The notes beneath the pieces were generated by a model that worked only from the letters and a program-made list of their open reading frames with translations, searched no databases and was not told the DNA's origin. The position numbers and the translations under genes were made by a program. Below, piece after piece: positions 57,680 through 64,000 of a stretch of 64,000 nucleotides of DNA (its first letter is position 1; every line of letters starts with the position of its first letter). The stretch lies in the NCBI GenBank assembly GCA_016286055.1, contig JAEERW010000001.1, positions 324,189 through 388,188 of the forward strand. The letters are read 5' to 3'. This DNA comes from Bacteroidales bacterium (GTDB lineage Bacteria > Bacteroidota > Bacteroidia > Bacteroidales > UBA3824).

Positions 57680-57888
57680 ATTTTAAACAAGTCAATTAAT
57701 TGAACATTCAAACCTTTGGCTAATTTTTCAATAGTATTAAGTGTCGGAGATTTCTCTCCTCGTTCCAATGCTCCTATATAAGTTCTGTGTACACCACAAC
57801 GAAATGCAAGTTCTGCCTGCGAGATACTCTGTTCTCTGCGCAGTTTTGCAATATTATTTCCGAACAAAGTGTTAATACTATATTCCAT
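57676..57888 (-). CDS. R-M controller (C) protein, Xre-type HTH
   Basis: 70 aa. 'IAKLRREQSISQAELAFRCGVHRTYIGALERGEKSPTLNTIEKLAKGL' is the typical C-protein HTH. Sits directly upstream of and overlaps the nuclease gene. Confidence 0.8.
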   Translation of the reverse strand: MEYSINTLFGNNIAKLRREQSISQAELAFRCGVHRTYIGALERGEKSPTLNTIEKLAKGLNVQLIDLFKI

Positions 57889-58003
57889 CGGTATTTTTTT
57901 ACAAAAAAACTCATTCTAAAAGTATCATACAACACTCAAAAGATAGCATTTTTGTAATAATAGTTATAGAACACCAATAGATTGTGTCTTATATAATGTA
58001 AAT

Positions 58004-58035
58004 AAAAAACTCAGGATTAAATTTTAACCCTGAGT
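58004..58035 (-). terminator. rho-independent terminator after the acd-etfAB operon
   Basis: Stem actcagg (58009-58015) / cctgagt (58029-58035). The preceding A-run on plus gives a T-run on minus. Confidence 0.7.
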
Positions 58036-58062
58036 TCCTATAGTATTGATAATACCTAATTC

Positions 58063-59769
58063 CTATCTGTAATTATCCAAATCCTCAACCTCTCCGTTGT
58101 CGATATATGTTTTGCGCTGTTTGTTGTCGGCGTAGGCAAGTTTGAAGAATGCATTGGCGGGTTTCTCAAACTGTTCGCCACGGAGGGCGTCGGTAAAGAG
58201 AAGGTATGATATGATGATGTTGCCAGCCATTTCTACAAGGTTGCGTGCTTGGAAATCGAGGTAATCCTGATTTTTGAGAGCGGTAACTTTTTCGATGGCT
58301 GCCTTGTAATCTGACGTAAGTTCAAGAAGTTTGGCTTTCTGTGCGGCAAACTTGCCCGATTCTTCTAACATCTTGTCGTATTCTGCCATACGCTCAGCAA
58401 ATACGCCTGTGGTAACGCCTTTGATAGCGGCTACTACCTGCAACTGCGATGTGCCTTCGTAGATGGTGGTGATACGTGCGTCGCGAACCATACGCTCTAT
58501 GGGGAAATCTTTCATATAGCCCGAACCTCCGTGAATTTGGAGCGCATCGTAACAAATTGAGTTACACCATTCTGATGAGAAGAGTTTCAACAGCGGGGTG
58601 TAAGCGTCGGCCATTTTAGAAAAATATTTGAGGTCGTTGCGGAGTTCGGCGGGGAGGGTGCCGAGTTTTTTCTTCTCTTGAAGCAGCTTGCTCATATCCA
58701 CAAAACGTGCTGTTTCGTAGAGGAGCGAACGCATACCTTTGATTTTGGCGTTCATATTGCCAAGCAATTGGTATACAGCGGGGAACTCAATGATGGGTTT
58801 CTTAAACTGTTCGCGCTCGTGAGCATATTTGAGAGCCTCGCGATATGCTGCCTCAGAGATACCTACCGACTGTCCGCCTACACCAAGACGTGCGCCGTAC
58901 ATAAGGCTCATAACGTATTTGATAAGGCCAAGACGTTCGTCGCCGATAAGTTTTGCAGGAGCGTCTTTGAATACCATTTCGCAAGTGGGCGAACCGTGTA
59001 TACCGAATTTGTTTTCTACACGGCGTACAATTTCGCAATGTTTGTCTTTGTCGTAAACAAAGAGCGAAAGACCACGTCCGTCGGTTGTGCCTTCCACGCT
59101 GCGGGCAAGTACCAACTGAATGTCGGCATCACCGTTGGTAATAAAGCGTTTAACACCGTTCAAGAGCCACATGCCCGATTCTTCGTCGTATTTGGCTTTG
59201 AGTTGAACAGCCTGCAAGTCGCTTCCTGCATCGGGTTCGGTTAATACCATCGAAAGTGTTGCGCCTTTGGCAAGTTTGGGGAGGTATTCTGCCTTGATTT
59301 CCTCCGAAGCAAATTCGAGGATAGTTTCGGCACAATCTTGCAATCCCCAGAAGTTGGCAAATCCGCCGTCGGCACGCGACACCATTTCGCCTACCATAAT
59401 GTAGGGAACGTTGGGCATATTTAAGCCGTCGTATTTGCGGGGCATTGTTATACCCCAAGCGCCAGCTTTCAAAAGTGCCTGAAAATCGGCTGAGGTGTAG
59501 GGGTTGTATTTAAGATGGTCGTTTTCGATAGAGTGGCCTTCAAGGTCGTTGGCTTCGGCGTTGGGCGCAATCACGTCGGCGCAAACTTCACCGCAGATTT
59601 CCATTACCTTTTCTACCGAGTCCATAGCGTCCTCAAAATCTTTGGGGGCGTAGTCGTATTTTTGGGCGTCGGAATAGTCGTTGTCTTCTCTAAGGTCTAT
59701 GATGCGTTTCATCAGCGGATGTCCGAGATGAAATTTGAGATCTTCGTTATCGTTATAAAAATTTGCCAT
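58063..59769 (-). CDS. acyl-CoA dehydrogenase (long form with C-terminal helical extension)
   Basis: 'LTEPDAGSD', 'KRFITNG', 'QIHGGSGYMKDFPIERMVRDARITTIYEGTSQLQ'. Confidence 0.88.
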   Translation of the reverse strand: MANFYNDNEDLKFHLGHPLMKRIIDLREDNDYSDAQKYDYAPKDFEDAMDSVEKVMEICGEVCADVIAPNAEANDLEGHSIENDHLKYNPYTSADFQALLKAGAWGITMPRKYDGLNMPNVPYIMVGEMVSRADGGFANFWGLQDCAETILEFASEEIKAEYLPKLAKGATLSMVLTEPDAGSDLQAVQLKAKYDEESGMWLLNGVKRFITNGDADIQLVLARSVEGTTDGRGLSLFVYDKDKHCEIVRRVENKFGIHGSPTCEMVFKDAPAKLIGDERLGLIKYVMSLMYGARLGVGGQSVGISEAAYREALKYAHEREQFKKPIIEFPAVYQLLGNMNAKIKGMRSLLYETARFVDMSKLLQEKKKLGTLPAELRNDLKYFSKMADAYTPLLKLFSSEWCNSICYDALQIHGGSGYMKDFPIERMVRDARITTIYEGTSQLQVVAAIKGVTTGVFAERMAEYDKMLEESGKFAAQKAKLLELTSDYKAAIEKVTALKNQDYLDFQARNLVEMAGNIIISYLLFTDALRGEQFEKPANAFFKLAYADNKQRKTYIDNGEVEDLDNYR

Positions 59770-59778
59770 TTTTCCTGA

Positions 59779-60831
59779 TTATTTAGAGTTTGCTTTGTAA
59801 TATTTTATCATTTTGGGCAAAACGGTAGCCACGTCGCCAGTTACCACATAGTCGGCAATAGCGTTGATAGGAGCGTTTTCGTCGGTGTTGATAGATACAA
59901 TTATCGACGATTCCTGCATACCTGCGCGGTGCTGTACCTGTCCTGAGATACCGCAAGCGATGTAGAGTTTAGGACGTACTGTAACGCCAGTTTGACCAAT
60001 TTGACGTTCATGCTCGCAGAATCCTGCGTCAACGGCTGCACGGCTTGCACCTACTTGTCCGCCAAGTACTTCGGCAAGTTCGTGGAGAAGTTGGAAATTC
60101 TCTTTTGAGCCAACACCGTAGCCACCTGCCACAATTACAGGAGCGGCTTTGAGGTTGATTTTCGATTTCTCAATATGGCGTGAGATGATTTCAACGGCAA
60201 AGTCTAAATCGGTAACAGATTTCTGCCAATCGATTTTTTTGATTTCGCCTTTGTAATTTTCGTCGAAAACCTCTTTTTTCATAACGCCTTCGCGAACGGT
60301 AGCCATCTGAGGACGTGTGTGGAGGTTTAAGATAGTGGCAATAATGTTGCCGCCAAATGCGGGACGTATTTGATAAAGCAAATCTTTATAAGGTGTAACG
60401 ATCTGCTTGATTTCGCCGTTTTCTTCTTTAACGGTTTTCTTCTCCTCGTGGTCGCCGATTTCGAGACTTGTGCAGTCGGCAGTTAGTCCGCAGCGGAGAG
60501 CGCTTGCCACACGGGGAGCAAGGTCGCGGCCAATGCTTGTAGCGCCAAAGAGCATAATCTGAGGCTGCTCTTGCTTAACAAGGTCGCAGATGATTTTTTG
60601 CGTGGGAAGTGTTTGATATGGAGCAAGTTTACGGTCGTCGGCCACGTGGATAACGTCAACGCCGTATTTAAAAATCTGTCGTCCTATATTATAAAGGTTG
60701 TAATCTACGGCAATGGCTTCGAGTTTGCAGCCAAGTGTCTGTGCGAGTTTCTTGCCTTTTGAAAGCAGTTCGAGGCTGACGTCTGCCACAACGCCGTTCT
60801 CAGTTTCGCAAAATACAAATAAGTTGTTCAT
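59779..60831 (-). CDS. etfA: electron transfer flavoprotein subunit alpha
   Basis: 'GGYGVGS', 'GASRAAVDAGF', 'QIGQTGVTVRPKLYIACGISGQVQH'. Confidence 0.9.
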   Translation of the reverse strand: MNNLFVFCETENGVVADVSLELLSKGKKLAQTLGCKLEAIAVDYNLYNIGRQIFKYGVDVIHVADDRKLAPYQTLPTQKIICDLVKQEQPQIMLFGATSIGRDLAPRVASALRCGLTADCTSLEIGDHEEKKTVKEENGEIKQIVTPYKDLLYQIRPAFGGNIIATILNLHTRPQMATVREGVMKKEVFDENYKGEIKKIDWQKSVTDLDFAVEIISRHIEKSKINLKAAPVIVAGGYGVGSKENFQLLHELAEVLGGQVGASRAAVDAGFCEHERQIGQTGVTVRPKLYIACGISGQVQHRAGMQESSIIVSINTDENAPINAIADYVVTGDVATVLPKMIKYYKANSK

Positions 60832-60837
60832 TTCGTA

Positions 60838-61650
60838 TTATCCAAGAATGTGGTTAGACAATAAATCTTTAATTAAACCGTCGATGTCGGCATCCGAATC
60901 AGAGAGTTTCTTAGATTCTTTGGCCTGCAACACTACGGCGTCGATTTTTTTTACTGTGGTGGGCGAACCTGCCTTTCCTACTTTGTCGTCTTCAACTTTG
61001 ATGTCGTCGGCGCCCCAAGTGGTAATTTTAGATTCGTCGTTTTTGTTTTTCATATAGAATTTTGCGTTGCGTGTGCGGCAGGGAGCAGCCGAGCCGTGTA
61101 CTGTAATGAGCACAGGGAATGGTGCTTTAACGGTTTCAACGCCCGATTCCAAACGACGGCGTATTGTGATGGAACTTTCCGAAATGTTTTCGATTTCTTC
61201 GGCGTAGGTAACTTGCGGAATACCGAGTTTTTCGGCAGCCTGCGGTCCTACCTGTGCTGTGTCGCCGTCGATAGCCTGACGTCCGCAGAGCACCATATCG
61301 TAGTCGCCTACGTTTTTGATAGCCTGTGCAATGGCATAGCTTGTAGCAAGGGTATCCGAACCACCAAGTTTACGGTCGGTGAGCAGAATACCTTTGTCGG
61401 CACCGCGGTAAAGGCCTTCTTGAAGCACTTCGGCAGCCTTGGGCAAACCCATAGTGAGCACGGTAATCTGAGTTTCGGGATATTGGTCTTTGATTCTGAG
61501 AGCCTGCTCGAGGGCGTTCATGTCCTCGGGATTTATGATAGCGGGCAGGGCGGCGCGGTTCATAGTGCCGTCTTCCTTCATGGCGTCTTTGCCCACATTG
61601 TGCGTGTCGGGCACTTGCTTGGCAAGGACAATAATTTTAAATCCTTTCAT
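60838..61650 (-). CDS. etfB: electron transfer flavoprotein subunit beta
   Basis: 'KIIVLAKQVPDT', 'INPEDMNALEQALR', 'DMVLCGRQAIDGDTAQVGP'. Confidence 0.9.
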   Translation of the reverse strand: MKGFKIIVLAKQVPDTHNVGKDAMKEDGTMNRAALPAIINPEDMNALEQALRIKDQYPETQITVLTMGLPKAAEVLQEGLYRGADKGILLTDRKLGGSDTLATSYAIAQAIKNVGDYDMVLCGRQAIDGDTAQVGPQAAEKLGIPQVTYAEEIENISESSITIRRRLESGVETVKAPFPVLITVHGSAAPCRTRNAKFYMKNKNDESKITTWGADDIKVEDDKVGKAGSPTTVKKIDAVVLQAKESKKLSDSDADIDGLIKDLLSNHILG

Positions 61651-61682
61651 TTTAGAATGTGTTTTTATAATATATTTGCGGG

Positions 61683-61690
61683 CAAAGGTA
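61683..61690 (-). promoter_or_regulatory. -7 box TAccTTTG upstream of etfB
   Basis: caaaggta on plus, 33 nt upstream of the ATG at 61650. Confidence 0.4.
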
Positions 61691-61809
61691 TTATATTTTC
61701 TTTAATCGTCAAAAAATGAAATAGAATTTAAACAATTTTTAATTTTGATTCTTGATACACCTTTAATTATATATATGATGAGGGATTTGAAAATCTCCTC
61801 TTTTTTTTG

Positions 61810-61826
61810 TTACGTAATTTACGTAA
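61810..61826. promoter_or_regulatory. tandem palindromes TTACGTAA-TT-TACGTAA upstream of gdhA (candidate operator)
   Basis: ttacgtaatttacgtaa read directly. It lies 39 nt upstream of the gdhA -7 box, in the -33/-50 region. Confidence 0.35.
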
Positions 61827-61864
61827 ACACGCCGTTCCTCTTTTTTCAATGTGGAAATAATGAA

Positions 61865-63271
<1,407 letters not shown>

Positions 63272-63301
63272 GCAAACCCTTATCCATATCATATTTTTCT
63301 T

Positions 63302-63332
63302 CAGCCGTTCTAAAAAGGACGGCTGTTTTTTT
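63302..63332 (+). terminator. rho-independent terminator after gdhA
   Basis: 9-bp stem cagccgttc / ggacggctg (one G-U pair), loop taaaaa, then a T7 run. Confidence 0.85.
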
Positions 63333-63361
63333 ATTAATAATATCTATCTTTGTGCCCAGAA

Positions 63362-63751
63362 ATGCGACACCTTTATTTATATATAATTATTTTGTTCTCA
63401 CTTACTGCGGGAGAATCTGTGGCACAGAAATTTAGCGCTCGCCTCGATAATATACGGTACTATTACGACGACGAGGGAGAATTTCCTGTAAAAGTGAATG
63501 TGTGCTTTGCCGTAACTGGTTGCAAGCCTCGTTCTTTGATATTTGTGGCTAAGTATGCCGAAAATATCACCTATAGAGCTCAGGTGAAAAATTATGATTC
63601 GTCGCATGTGTATTACACGTTTCGCACCGCTATGAATATGTCTACAACCATTGACCTCGCATTAGAAGATAAAAACGGCATAAGAAGCAGCTTCTACACC
63701 GTTACAGCGCTGCCTACGCCCGAAAACGTTATTAAAAAAACAAATCAATGA
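63362..63751 (+). CDS. hypothetical secreted protein
   Basis: ATG at 63362 gives a signal-like 'MRHLYLYIIILFSLTAGESVAQ'. No family recognised. Confidence 0.4.
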   Translation: MRHLYLYIIILFSLTAGESVAQKFSARLDNIRYYYDDEGEFPVKVNVCFAVTGCKPRSLIFVAKYAENITYRAQVKNYDSSHVYYTFRTAMNMSTTIDLALEDKNGIRSSFYTVTALPTPENVIKKTNQ

Positions 63752-64000
63752 TTATTGCTCGTCAAAAACGGAAAGAAAACATCGCAGAATATGTGCTCTA
63801 TATGTTTCAAGTGGAGGATATGATGCGAGCCTGCCATTGCGATTTTGAGATTGTAAAAAAGCAGATAATATCAAAATATTCCCAACCGCCAGAAACTATC
63901 AAGGATATTGAATATTGGTATGAGAATATAGTTCTTCTGATGAAAAACGAAGGCGTGGAGCAAAAAGGCCATCTTCGCGAAGTGCTCAATATTATCGACG
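63748..64000 (+). CDS. DUF4924 family protein (5' partial, runs off the window)
   Basis: Hand translation from ATG 63748 (ATGA overlap with the upstream stop): MIIARQKRKENIAEYVLYMFQVEDMMRACHCDFEIVKKQIISKYSQ... 'KENIAEY.LYM.QVED..RA' matches DUF4924 as I remember it. Open to the window end. Confidence 0.6.
   Translation, partial: MIIARQKRKENIAEYVLYMFQVEDMMRACHCDFEIVKKQIISKYSQPPETIKDIEYWYENIVLLMKNEGVEQKGHLREVLNIID

Noticed and set aside
57889-57990. Canonical C-box (GACT...AGTC type) upstream of the controller gene
   Set aside because: I looked on both strands and found only a GTATCATAC palindrome and a T7/A7 inverted run. I do not claim a C-box and mention it only as a candidate region.
58678-59244. 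188-aa plus-strand ORF inside the acyl-CoA dehydrogenase gene
   Set aside because: Antisense shadow ORF.
61096-61719. 207-aa plus-strand ORF inside etfB
   Set aside because: Antisense shadow ORF that runs through the etfB start and promoter.

Overview
This looks like a chromosomal segment of a Bacteroidota, probably Bacteroidales. Evidence: many exact TAnnTTTG -7 promoter boxes just upstream of genes, no Shine-Dalgarno reliance, a GldH-like lipoprotein, a TonB-dependent receptor, DUF1573/DUF4625/DUF4924-type proteins and a glycine-lipid acyltransferase pair. I call about 57 protein-coding genes. I saw no rRNA, tRNA, CRISPR array, integrase or complete IS by eye. Most of the window is core metabolism and envelope biogenesis: mnmA, pgeF, trmB, manA, trpB-like, holB plus a PSP1/RicT-like gene, grpE-dnaJ, ribBA, an LptF/G-type permease, an OstA-like protein, an M23/LysM peptidase, a Na/Pi transporter, acd-etfAB and gdhA. 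The clearest accessory region is an AT-rich islet of about 3.9 kb (about 54.1-58.0 kb) between the glycine-lipid genes and the acd-etfAB operon. It carries an ABC/AAA_21-type ATPase followed by a decayed DUF4276/RloB-like partner, and a controller-protein-regulated type II restriction-modification system whose nuclease I cannot assign to a family. Other observations worth a second look: (1) the divergent 23759-25078 / trpB-like intergenic region holds two different 33-bp tandem repeat sets, one of which keeps an in-frame 'GANFY'x3 upstream ORF ending in an ATGA overlap with the DUF4143 ATPase start; (2) a HigB toxin sits next to a HigA that lacks its HTH domain; (3) a Cys/His-rich small membrane protein, a TonB-dependent receptor and a His/Glu-rich lipoprotein form a putative metal-uptake operon; (4) a 933-aa HAMP-GAF-PAS coiled-coil sensor has no output domain, and a Cache-HAMP methyl-accepting chemotaxis protein has no che genes nearby; (5) an MMPL-PlsC-methyltransferase-fragment fusion with a GT2, and 20 kb away an LPLAT-KS-KS-like module ending at an Rpn-type nuclease gene, together resemble a split aryl-polyene-type lipid cluster. 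All functional calls come from reading motifs in the supplied translations; no database search was run.
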